Positions 52,101 through 64,000 of a stretch of DNA of 64,000 bases are shown here, piece after piece; within the stretch, counting starts at the first letter, position 1; each line of letters opens with the position of its first letter. The stretch is from NCBI GenBank assembly GCA_013265495.1, contig MU058000.1, positions 2,728,001 to 2,792,000 of the forward strand. The letters run 5' to 3'. Source of the DNA: Vicugna vicugna (lineage: Eukaryota). The notes under the pieces were generated by a model. The model had not been told where the DNA came from. It was given only the letters and a program-made list of their open reading frames with translations, and did no database searches. The position numbers and the translations under genes are program-made.

Positions 52101-55100
52101 CTTCTAATGTCTCTTCCCTTTTTCTCTCTCCTTTTTTAAAATTACCATCAATTAAGAGACTCAGAAGATAAGGAACAAATATATATCTAGAAACTCTATT
52201 TCAGATGATTATAAGAGAATGGTTGATCCCTGTTACCCATGTCAAGATAGATAGAAAGAGATCGAAACCTGAATACTTCACAAGGAACTGAAGAAAATGA
52301 TAGAAGTTTACTATTGTGAGTAGAGGAATATGATGAGAGCTAAGCCACCACAAAGATACAGATATGTCAGGAAATACTGCCAAGCATTACCTAACGATTA
52401 GCATATGCCTGACTCATGCTCACAATCAACTTGTTTATTTATTAATAAGCTCATTCTGTATCCCTATATGTGAAAAACAGGAGACACAAAGCAGATTTCT
52501 TCTTTCTTTTGACTTCTAACGAGGCACGACAATTAATGTACACTAGCTGAACTTTCCAGTATCTCCTGGTTCATTGAGAAAAAAAAGCAGCATTAGAAGA
52601 AATAAAGTTATTTAAGATGGGGCAGGAATTGGCTGCAAAATTGGTTGTAAAACATTACTTAAAAGCTATTTCTACTCGTAGCATTTTCTCTGCATACTAT
52701 AATAGAGTTACAGCGTAATAATGGTTTGCTTACGGGCAAGCAATTAAGCACCTGCAGTCACTCCCTGGGATGCAGATTTCACATGAATAGCTATTTTATA
52801 AATAAAAAATAGAAACTCATATATGTAATGGCAAAGGCAAACACTGCTAGGAGTTTAAGTTTTAGAAAGACAGTTCCACACTTTTTTTTTGGAAAATCAT
52901 TGGTTTCCATATAGAATTGGATTCAATTTAGCCTATTCATTTCCCAAATTAATAATTAATAGTATCATTATTAACCTAATAGTCCTGTACAGCAACTTAA
53001 CCATAATAGGGCCGTAATGAGTAGCTGCGTTCATGCAAATATAAAAAATAAATAAGCAATGCATATGGTAAACATAAGCATGTGATTTCTCACATGTAGG
53101 TGGAGTTTATTTTCAGATATCCACTCCCTCTTCTTAGGTTTGGTGGTCTTTCCAGGGAGAGCAGGATTATTGTCTCAGGGCCTCTTATAGTTTCTCTGGA
53201 TCTTGAGTTGTTCCTTGTTTTAATATGTCTGTGTGGCATATGGAACTCTTTGCCATTTATTCAAATTCAGAAACAACCAATATAGAATCTCTGCTTTCCC
53301 AGGTAGCATCCCAGGGACCCTACGTAAGCTGCATAGCCTTTCTAAGCCTGCATTTCTTCGTGTGAAAAAGGGTGGTAGAGATAATGATCCTCTCATAGGT
53401 GAGTGTCAAGCAGTCAGGCGAAGTAGGACACGTTCTTTGAGATCCAGATAGCCCTTCAAGACCACCACCAGGTTACAGGAAGCTGCCTTCACACTTGCCT
53501 GGGGAGGCTGGTCTTCCCTATCTGTGCCCAGGACCGAAAGTGTCTGGACCTCAGCTTTCTGCAGCTGGGTCAGACAACCGAGACGGAACTTACGAATGAT
53601 TTCTCCAAAGCTGTGGGTAACAAAGAGAATTCGTTCATCGGGTTCCATGACAGTCTTGTAATCCGTAAGAAGATCCAAATGGTGTGAATATGGGAGATTG
53701 TATTAAAAAAAAAGTGAAAGAAAGAGGATGATGACAATTTCACTAATTTAGAGAGCATGACATATAGTTCAACGTATATTAAGGCGTTCAGGTCGTCTTA
53801 TTTGAACAGTTCTCAGGTCTCAGATTTTATGCAACTAGTGCACTCAAATAAGCTTGAACCTTTAGCGGGTAGATTTGTAGAGCAGGCGAAGCCTAGGTTT
53901 TGGCAACAGCTGTATCTGAGCTTGGATATCGGATTCATTAGTTTTGAGACTTTAGGAAATTTGCTTAGCATCTTAAAGTTCACTCCTTGCTAAAAGAATG
54001 ATAGTGATCGGACGTAATTCAAGGTCTTGAGATCAGCAATCAATAACTTGGCAGATTATCTGGCATGGAATTAAGGTCTCAATAAATGTCAGGTATAATA
54101 CCGAGACAGGTAGGATCGAAGTTAAGAGCATGGGAGAGGGCGCCAGATGAAATTAAGGGTCTCTAGAAAGACATTGTTTTTTAAAGATAAATTTAGAGTA
54201 ACTCAGAGAAGTAATCAAATCAGACCATTTTCTTATCTAGGTTGGAATGCTCTTAGGTCTGCCCACCAAAGATATTTATGAAAATCTACCCAAGAAAACT
54301 TTTCTTAACCCTGATAAAAGAATTCCCCTGATTCAATCTTTTATAATTAAGGCCAGATTTATGAAAGAATGAGATAAAAATTCTGTATCATAAACTATAA
54401 TGCAGTCTCACATTAGAATAAAGTTGGTTACTGTTGTGCCTTGTTTAATAGATGAATTTCAAATGACATAGTTGTTATATAGTGTAAACATTTGATTTTA
54501 TTTTAGAGAAATATGATATTTGTGATAATTTCTATACTGATTACCAGGTCTTTATTTCAGTTCTTCTTAAAATGTAAAATTATTTCTAAAGGAAATCCCA
54601 GGTATAGGTTCCCTGTGATGCTGACCAATTGTGAATTTCAAGCCTAAACCCAAGATCAGACAAGGACTCTTACTTCTTCCAAAAGCCTGAGTTTTAGCTT
54701 TGAGAATCCAAACTCTATCCTGAATGAAATATTTTCATGAAACACAGTTCTGTCACTTTTTTCTTTGCATATATAAGATAACACCAGCTAAAACAAACTA
54801 TTTTATTCAGAAAACATACAAACTGATGACTTTAATGACTGGTTTGAGGTTTCTCTCTTAAAACACAGATTTTTCTGTACTGTTTCGCACCTAAGGGCTA
54901 GAGAGAGTTCACTTTCAGCAAGAATCTGGGCACATTTCCTTCCAATAAATAACAATTACAGTCAGTGTCCATGGACCTCGTGTTGTCTTTGCTGCTTCCT
55001 CAAGGAATTCAACAAAAGCGAGAAAGATTAATGAGGGAAGTTGGATGCTCGTATTATATCACATGCACTCAACAACTTGCCAAGTTTAAAGTCAAATTAG

Positions 55101-56200
55101 GAATTGACATTAAACCTTGAAAAGCTGGTTGTAAAGGATAGGATAGCAACTAAAATTTACAGCAGAATAAAATGTTAGAATCCCAATAAATGTCCAAGGA
55201 GAACATACACCCTAAGAGAGTAGACTCATTCCAAGGTTATCTTAGATTTCATAGAAACGTTTCTATTAAGTTCCTACCTTAAAAAAGTGGGAAAAGAGAA
55301 AGATATTTCAATAATTCACAGACATTTTATTCTGCTTAAATTACTGTAAAATTACCTATAATATTTCTTCAAGTAAAATTTTCTAATTATGAGATTCTGA
55401 GAGTTATTGTAGTAGAAATGGAATTGTGAAGTACATAAAAACTACAAATAACAAACTCTATCCATTACAAGAGCACCATGTCCAAAAAGAGACTTACCAT
55501 ATTTCTGCTAGTTCATTTTCTGCCAACTCCCATGACATTTAATAAATCCTAGAATACTCAACCCACATTTACCTTGCTTACCGGATATTAGCCATGAAAT
55601 GGTAATAGTAACAAGGCAAGTTATATGCAGCAAGAGCATTTATTCCATAACATTGTATACAGAGTTGGTATTTCAATTCTATTGATAAGAAAACTTTATT
55701 TAGATTGTTGTACCAATTCAGACAAGTGTTGTTCCACTTCCCAAATTCTAGAACAATTCATCTTTTCCTGGGATAGAAGGAAGCTAGGGTGGCTCAGAGT
55801 TCCAATAACACAAATTCAAAAGTGTGTTCATTTCCCGTAATAAAATAGCTGCCTCTGGCATTTTTTTAGAGCACCTCGCAAGGAAGTTTGCTACACCTCT
55901 GCCCTGTGCAGATCTGTTCAGATAGAAGTCGTCATGGCAAGAGCTACAGAAATTGCTTTGATGGGAACATAGGATTTGAAGTTGGAACTGTGAACAATTG
56001 GTGCATAAATAATTAAGAACTTTCTGCAAGTAGTGAGAAATGCCCTGATTCAAAGATGTGTCCTTTCAACACAGACAGGCAGAGACAGATTTTAGCAGCT
56101 CAATGAAGACCAGTAAGCTGGGAACATTAGGTTGTACGTGGCTATTGGTGAAGAGATGGATGTCAAAAACTGGATTGCACTTACCTACAAAAATGCATTT

Positions 56201-56446
56201 GGGGAGTGCAGTAGGTATAACTCAGCAGTCGAGCGCATGCTTAGCATACACAAGGGCCTAGGTTCAATCCCCACTACCACCGCTAAAAAAGAAAAAGGTA
56301 GGGAGAGGGTATAGCTCAGGCGTAGAGCATGTGCTTAGCGTGCACGAGGTCCTGGGTTCAATCACCAGTACCTCCATTAAAATAAGTAAATAAGTAAACA
56401 CCTACTTACCTCCCTCCCAAATTTAAAAAAAAAAGGGGGGAAATTT
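56201..56446 (+). mobile_element. Head-to-tail pair of tRNA-derived camelid SINE monomers (Vic-1-like)
   Basis: Monomer 1 ~56201-56297 (B box ggttcaatccc at 56261). Monomer 2 ~56301-56434 (tagctcaggcgtag A box; ggttcaatcac B box; tail like that of the 12.1-kb copy). Confidence 0.9.
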
Positions 56447-56474
56447 AAAAAGGCCTTAACCCAAGCTCCTTAAA

Positions 56475-56660
56475 AATATTAACTCTCACAATCTTCATAA
56501 CAGCCTATGAGTTAGGAGCTGTAATGATCCACGTTTTGCAGATGAGGAAACGGAGGTGCAGTGTGGTCAAGCAACTCGATTAAGGACACACAGCCAGTCA
56601 AGAGGGTGCTCGGGACTGGCAGCCAGGCGCAATGTCTCTGGAGTCAACGCTGTGCTGTTG
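56475..56660 (-). mobile_element. MIR SINE
   Basis: aatcttcataacagcctatgag..ttttgcagatgaggaaacggaggt..aaggacacacagccagt. Confidence 0.85.
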
Positions 56661-56899
56661 ACCACGATGATGACTCATTGCCGAACGTTAAATGGGGCCC
56701 TTTGCCTTAGTTTCAGCAGAGGCTTCAATAGTAAAAAGAAAAACAAAAAGAAAAAAGAAATCAGTGCAATTGCCCCCACATATCAATTCCAATGGCTCAA
56801 ATTCTAAATCAAACAAGCTTTGTTAGGTTAGGCTGCAGTAAATGCGACCCTCCTCCCAGGGACTCAACCACAGAGGACGGGGTCTTGCTCTGGCTACAG

Positions 56900-57700
56900 G
56901 GTTACACGTGGGCCGGGGCTGCTCCTTCAGCGTCCATACGCTGACACCCAGGCTGGGGGTAAAGTCTTTATCTAGAGCAATGCCAGTTGTCACACCAGGG
57001 AGAAAGAAGGCCCTGATAGGTTTTGCACCTGTGCTATATATAAGCCCCTGCCTACGTGTGACACTTGTCACTTCTATTTACAACTTGTCGGCCAGAGCTG
57101 ATTGTACAGCCATGCCCACCAACAGAGCTAGGGGGACAATCCTACCATGTATGTGGATGGTATGGAGGAGAGGAAGCCACGTGGGAGTGTAGGAGAGCCA
57201 AATATTTTGTAAATAGCAGGAAGTACCACTACCAACAGGGCAGCTTGAAACTCTTGTTTCAAATACTTGACCCCTCACCTACTCAATGACATAAAAATAT
57301 CCCAGGACAATGGTCAGAGAGATTGAGTTTGGTGAGCAAATACCCTTAGACAAAGTCTTTGCGGTATCTGGGCATTTTCCTTACTGTCTTCCATGGAAAG
57401 AGAGAGGAGATAATACCCTCTTCACCTGATCTAAGGGACCAATCACAGAGCTTGGTTTGTGTCCTCTGGAATTTGAGAATGCACTGAACGCATGCCTGAG
57501 TCACAGCAGAGCAATCTCAAAGGTGAGAGGGTACCGGCGCCTTCATTCTGCAGAACAGTGGTACTTGCTTCAATTAGTGGCCAAGATGAAAGTTCCTTGT
57601 GGAATAAAGAGAGAAAAAAGGAGAGAAAGGAAGAGAGAGAGAGAGATTGAACACAGAGAGAGAGAGAGCAGTACGAGGGCAAGTGAGTCATTCTAAAGCA
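56900..57700. promoter_or_regulatory. Candidate enhancer/promoter module
   Basis: Dense motifs: CACGTG x2, TACGTG, CTATATATAA, TGACA-CT-TGTCA, TGTAAATA x2, CAGGAAGT, CCAATCA, TGAGTCA x2. No functional data. Confidence 0.45.
57607..57668. repeat. GA-rich polypurine repeat
   Basis: Direct reading. Confidence 0.85.
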
Positions 57701-57790
57701 TTCTCCAAGTGTCTTTGCAGAAGAGAGCTTCCTGGAGGAGTGAAAGGATCCTGTGGGAGCAATGCTGTGTGAACATGGGCTGAGAACCAA

Positions 57791-57807
57791 GACCACCAGG
57801 GGGAGCC
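57791..57807 (+). promoter_or_regulatory. Strong candidate CTCF motif
   Basis: ccaccagggggagc differs at one base from the CTCF consensus CCACCAGGGGGCGC. Confidence 0.55.
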
Positions 57808-58043
57808 CTAGCATCCAGCTGGAGTGTGTGTCCCCCTGAGAGCTCCTCGGAAGTGGGAGGAGTTCTGCAGAAACAAGAGTGCACTGTCCCCCAAAGCATC
57901 AGCTCTAAACTTTCCCTAGCCCAAGGAATACCATACTCACAAAAGTGTCAATAAATCCATTGTCCATCCTTCAACTCCCCTTCTGGACACCTCTCCCTCC
58001 TCCCAGGACACAGCTAGTGATCTAGGGAGAGGGGTGTGTGAGA

Positions 58044-58044
<1 letters not shown>

Positions 58045-58078
<34 letters not shown>
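58045..58078. repeat. (TG)17 microsatellite
   Basis: Direct reading. Confidence 0.97.
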
Positions 58079-58084
<6 letters not shown>

Positions 58085-61000
58085 GTGAGGTGAGCTAGCA
58101 AGGTGAACCCACCAGGCCTACCCTTCCAACTGCAGGGTGACCGATCTACACCAGGTCTGAGCTGGCGGGAGAGGCCAGGAGAGGGCACAGGAAAGAGTGT
58201 TGTTTTTACAACCCTGAGCTAGACACACTAGTGACAAAACTGGGGCTGCTTGGTGACGAAAGCAACTGGACCCCCTGTCTGCCCTCTGAGAATGAATGGA
58301 CAACTTACGGCCAGGCCCACGATCCCATTCACTGCTGGGGAAGAACTAGCACCACAGGAAAAGTTAGCATTGCTTCTTGATGCAGTCTAGAACTTTCTTC
58401 TTTCAATGCGCCAGCTCCAGAGAATGTGCACTGGTATGAATTTGATTCTTCTCATATATTTCTTGATCTCTGTATTAAAAAGTAGAGCTAAACAGTCTGG
58501 CTAGATGCACCCCAACTCCAATCCAACACCACAGGATCAGGTTTGTTTTATTTTTTTTTCTTTTCATCTTTTTCCCATTCTAGACCGTCCTTCTGTGGGG
58601 GCACTTTTCTTACCAGGTTTGTCACGAGTTCTTAGCACCCATCTGTGAGAACACAGTCCTTGTTCCACTCAGAGTCTAACACCATGGGCCAGGCCACTGC
58701 TGCTGCTACCCACCTCCACCCCCACCCTATATACTTACAGACACAGCTCCTCACTCCACTTGGGTTCTTAAAACCCATATCAGGTTGCCTTCCCACGTGG
58801 ATGCCTTCTTCCTCCACAGATGGGATCCAACACCGTGCGCATGGCTGCCAACATCCCCAACTAGAGACCATTCTTACCCTCACTGGGCTGTATGCTCCAC
58901 TTTGGGCCATGACAGTGCCACTGTACACTTCTAGGTCTTCCTTGCCTGCCAGAACTAATGGTTTTTTAATGGGAAATGTTCAAGAAAAGAAGATAATGGA
59001 AAAGGAGAGGAGATGAAGAGGAATAAAAAGAGTCCGACAGATTATTCTTAATAATCTTCATTGGTTCCTTGAAAATTTAAGTTTTATTGAAATCAAGAAA
59101 ATAACTTTTGATACACATTTTAAAAATTTTACTTATAATTTCCCTAGGTAGGTAAATCAATCATATGTAGTCACAATGTCTAGGTTTGCTTAGAAATTTG
59201 GAGAAAAGTGAACAAACAGTTGAAAAAGTAAATTAATTCCAATCACCTTAGGTTTCATAAACTCTTTCATTGTTCTTCTTAGGATATTGGAATTTATGGT
59301 CAAGATGGTGCATTTGGTAGGAGTCACTGTATGGCTTAAGGAAAAGTGATATCACTAGTTAAATGGACTCAACTAATTCTGTGGCCTTATAGGGAGCCAG
59401 CTCCCCTCTCTGGGGTTTAATTTTAATATTCGTAGGCTTGGTGATCTCAAAGACACTTCCATCATTAACATTCTTTGATTTGAGGATCAAACTGAAAAGC
59501 AATTTATTTTCCTCCTCTAGACTATTATTTTGCAAAGAGGCACACTGTCCAGTAACAATGCATTCCTTGTCTTACTAACTAAAAGACCCATTAAAGAAAG
59601 CATTGTGACCCAAAGCACAGGCCACCTTGCAATTCCATGAGAAAGCTTTTAAGCACTAAATTTCTATAAGTAGTATTTACTTTAACTCCCCATCTTTCAT
59701 GGAACCAGACATGCCCTCTGTATCCTAACTTCTCCATCACCCATGAGAACACTTTTATGTGGTTAGATTTAATGCTTTAATGTAAGGAAATAAAGGGGAA
59801 AAATTTGGATTTTTTTTTTTATTTTAAATCCTCTGATTATTTTAAAGTTTGGATTTCATTGTGGCCTGATATCAGGTTCATCCAAATTGCAAATCTAGTT
59901 ACCTTATTTGTAGTAAGGAGATCATGAATTATTTTAAAGATTTAACCTCAAAGTGGCATGATTCTTTATCAGTGTAATGGAAATTAGAAGCCAAGGCAAG
60001 TCAAAATGTTTTTCAGAGGAAAAATATTTCTGGTAGATATTTTTGTAGCCGAAAAATATAGCCGTCTTCAGGATAGGAAGGCTCTACTTTGCTTTAGACT
60101 GGGATTTTCCAATGAATCAACTGTTGTCTCTATGGGTAAACATGAGGGGATATGAAGGAAGGAACAGAGGATTTACTGTTCATAGTTGAGCGGGCTCACT
60201 TACGGAGTCAATCACCATGCAACTGGGGCATGGATGATCCAATGGGAAAAGAATTCGGTGGTCCGTACAGCATCAGTGGGAGGTCCGAAGCTATTATTGG
60301 GTATCCGTATATATTTAATAAAGAGCTTCTGGCATCAGATCTGCCATCCTTTCACTTAGAACCACATCATATTTTGTTTTGTTCTCAGAGCGTTTGTTTT
60401 CAGTCTATTTATCCACTAGATTTAAACGCGAATAAATATTTCAGGGACAAAAGCATGTCAGCACCTTCACCATGTGAGTGCTGCAGAATCTGATATGACT
60501 TCAGCGTTCACAAGCTCCCAATCAGCGCTGGTTAGTTTCCTGCACCAGAGCTTGGAATTTGGGAAATGTGTGAAACTAAACAAAATGTAATAGGGGTCAG
60601 GCTTTCAAAATAGTATCTGTATTTATTGGAACAGTGTGATGTTTCATATTAGACGGAGAAAAGAAGTGTTTTTCCTTCTTTCCTGCTCCGAATCCTCTAC
60701 TGACAATGCAAATGCAAACTGTCTGATGTATTTCATAGAACAAAAGGCAACAGGAGCCTGATTCCTGGAGACTCCCGAGGCCAGACTAGATAATTAACTA
60801 CCCTGACTGCTTTAAGAGCACTGAAGTATATTTTATCCGATGATGGATTTGATGACCCAGAATATCCTTTCTGACCTCCAAGTGGATGCATTGGATTGCT
60901 GTGTGTTTGTGTGGGTTTTAAAACAAATGGTAACCTTGCCAATGATAGCTTCAGCCATTTGTAAAAAAGACATTCAATTTTTTGTATTTAAAATGAATTA

Positions 61001-64000
61001 AATACTGTGAATGCACTCATTGTCAAATATGAATTTGCTAAGTCAGAGTATCTGAGTATTTCTTTACTTCACATAAACCCAGGAAGCTTTTGAAAGAACA
61101 AATACTAAGCTCCAGCCCCAACTTGAAATGACTGTGTGTTACAACCTCTATTTACACTCCCTGGAATTAATACTTTCTCTCTCTCTCTTTCCCTGGATTC
61201 TGATGTTCACCTGTAGTTGATTTTATATCACACTTAAACAATTTCCCAGAAAGGAACTCTAAATTATTTTTAAAAACACAGCTCACTTAAGCAGAAAAGA
61301 ACATGTGCTGCCTCCTGCAACAATGCTGCGGGAAGTCTGAGGTAGAGATGGCGCTGAATGATCAGAACAAGAGACATAAACACATCCCGGATTTCGCTCT
61401 TTCTCTCCCCCCTGCTTTCTCCCGTGGTTTGGCTTAATTTTCTCCCTCTGCAGACTTTTTTTTTTTTTCTTTTTCTCATTTTCTCAGATGCTCTGCTGAA
61501 TCCTCAAAGCTGAGAGTCACCACACACATCCTCATGGAACCTGATAATTGGCAGGAGAATGATCGTAGCTGGGGGACGGGCATCTGTCTGCGGCTGCGTG
61601 CTTACTGAACTGAGAAGCCTGGAGAGTTACCTGGTGGTGCCACCATGTATTCAGAGGGAGAGTGTTTAGGAGAAGCTGACACGCATCCCTAGGAGTTTGA
61701 TTTATGAACCAAAGCAGTGGCTTCTGGGTACTAGCAGACTACAGAAGGCCGGGGGCTGGCGGGAGCAGGCTGTGGTGGAATGGAAGAAAAGGAGCATAGC
61801 GCTCGTGTATTTTTCACTCCCCCAGCACAGCATGTGAGCAGCAGACCGTCTCCTGTCTGCGAGGAAACAGGCTGGAGCAGAGATTCTGGTATCTCACCCT
61901 AGAGGGCTGCTCGACCTGTGGAGAGAGCCTCTGGGCACAGAAAGAGGAGCAGAAAACGTTCACAAGTCGGAGAATTGCACTGTGCGGAGACCTGGGCACA
62001 GCACACCCATGTGCCCCACGAGAGTGCTCTTTCGAATTATTTAATTACAATAAAAGACATATCAAGGAAACCATGTATTTTCATTTCCTTTAGAAATTTC
62101 TTAATCCATGAAATTTTTCTTATGATTGATATGAGTCGCTCTAATTTATTCTTGGGATATCTTTTTTTCCCTCCTAGAATACTTAGTTTCCCATTAAATC
62201 TGTACGGCCATGACAGGTTTTACATAATGACACTATGTGTCTTTCTGTGCATATGTATATGTACATATATGTACATGTGTATGCATATATATTTATACAC
62301 ATACACAAACACATAGAGCATCACACCCTTTAAATAACAAGTAGAAAAGTTAGACTTCAGTGTTACAATAGGTTATGTACCACAGCATTAAATTTTTAGG
62401 TTTTTTGTTTTCTGTTTGCTGATTCCTAATAGAGAAGTTTTTTGGTGATTTCAGAAAGAGAATTGCTTAGAATTTTTTGCTTTCTTCTTTGTACTATTCG
62501 ATATTATTTTACTTTAATTTACTCATTCATTTATTAGATTACATATCAGACATTATATTGAAAAATTCTTTGATAATTGGTTTCTCCTGTAGTTTATCCA
62601 AGACACTTTGAAATCTGACACTAAGGACCACACGGGGATCACCTAAAAACAGTAACTATCTCCTCAGTTCCCGTTCCTAATGTAATGCTGAAGTTGGGAG
62701 TGAATTCACAATTTCTGGCTCTGTTTTAATTCATGCTGAGCTCATCCCTTCCTGTCGGGAAGATTTTTTCATATCACTTGACTTGGTTTTCCCGTGTTCA
62801 CTTCCAAGAGCCACGTACTGTCCTAGTAAAAGCTCCTCCCTCACCGGCAAACCCTACCTTCATGAAAGCATCTCTCTGACATTCATCTCTCAGTACCATT
62901 CCTCTCAAAGTGACTAGAGAGAGAGAACAATTTTCTCAATTGCCACCTTGTCCCAACACATCATTTCAGGGAACATTTCCACTTTCCTAACTCACACATC
63001 TTCGAGCATAGATCATGTGCATTGTACTGATTTATGGTCAGGTGAATTTAATCAGTGTGCACTCTGCAACTATCTCAACTTGCAGTATATAAACTTTGAT
63101 AGACACTGCCAACATGGATTAAACTCCCAGAATGCAGGAAAGCAGAGATTCTTAACACTTTCTATCTGTTTTGATATAATTCCTAGCATACTTCCATGGT
63201 CAGAGCAGTCCTTGATAAATGCTTCGAGATAGTCCTGAGCTCAGTAATCTCAGTTCAGATAACCAGAGTCATAGAGTGATGGAGGTGGATGTCTCTTTAG
63301 AAATCAGACCTCAGCTCTTTCACTTTTCAGAAAAGAAATGAAGGATCTGAAACCTTAATTTGCTTAAAAAAAGAAAAACTTTTGGAAACAATCTGCCGGC
63401 AGAGGCAGGACTAGGGCAGAAATATTTTCATTTCCATCTGAAGCTCACCTCCCCCATCAATAAAGTTTGCTGTCTTTTCATTTTCTAGAGCCCTACTTAA
63501 TTTTGAATATACCCAACAAAGGAGAAAATGAGGAAATTTGTCTCTTGCGTTTGCTAGATTTATAACAGGAAACTCTAGATGCTGTGAATTTGTAAGGTGG
63601 ATAAAACTAGGGTACGCAACTCCGTACATGTTCACTGAATGAACTGCAGTGAAAGGATGTTTATTTCATGAAACTCCTGAATTTACTTTCTTACATGAAC
63701 CACTCCCTCCGTAGTGTGTGCTCCAAATAGCCAGTGGACCAGTGGTACTTTCACGTTTCTGCTTCTCAGAGGACAGAGCGCAGGAGAGTGAGGTAAAATT
63801 TAAACGTCTTCATAAATAAGATAGAGCAACACTGATCACGGCAAATGTCGCAGAGGTAAAGGATGTGTCTTCTGGACCTACTGGACCTACCAATGTTTGG
63901 ATCCAGATTGGTTTTTTTTTTTTTTTTTGGAGTTTCCCAGTATAGTTACTTTGAATTCTCTAAAAATTTACAAATTTTACTAGTTTTAATATATTCTCTT

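Noticed and set aside
56201..56380. tRNA-like sequences (also at 12210-12285)
   Set aside because: They have SINE tails, TSDs and degenerate stems, so they are SINE heads rather than tRNA genes.
58583..58616. 33-nt + strand exon candidate that can read PSFCGGTFLT, reminiscent of a serine-protease FCGG motif
   Set aside because: No other protease exons or catalytic motifs nearby; too short to exceed chance.
1..64000. CRISPR arrays, operons or other prokaryote-type systems
   Set aside because: The sequence is mammalian, with no regularly spaced repeat-spacer array and no long ORFs.

Overview
Mammalian, AT-rich, CpG-depleted non-coding DNA. It is most likely from a camelid, because two tRNA-derived SINEs (12.1 kb, 56.2 kb) resemble the Tylopoda Vic-1 family as I recall it. 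I can support no intact protein-coding gene: the listed ORFs are either decayed LINE-1 ORF2 pieces or chance ORFs. The first ~44.5 kb is dominated by interspersed repeats (L1 of several ages, MaLR/ERVL/ERV1 LTRs, MIR, L2, MER82, MER63, microsatellites). The last ~19.5 kb is repeat-poor, retains more CpG, and carries clusters of transcription-factor motifs (E-box/HRE, MEF2/TATA, FOX, ETS, AP-1, CTCF), so it looks like an enhancer/promoter-rich or intronic domain of an unidentified gene. I found no convincing new biological system. The best leads are structural oddities (a recent tandem duplication inside an L1, an internally deleted L1, a dimeric SINE, a perfect 30-bp palindrome, a nested LTR cluster) and candidate regulatory modules. 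Repeat family names come from recalled consensus sequences, not a database search, and boundaries are approximate unless a TSD is given.
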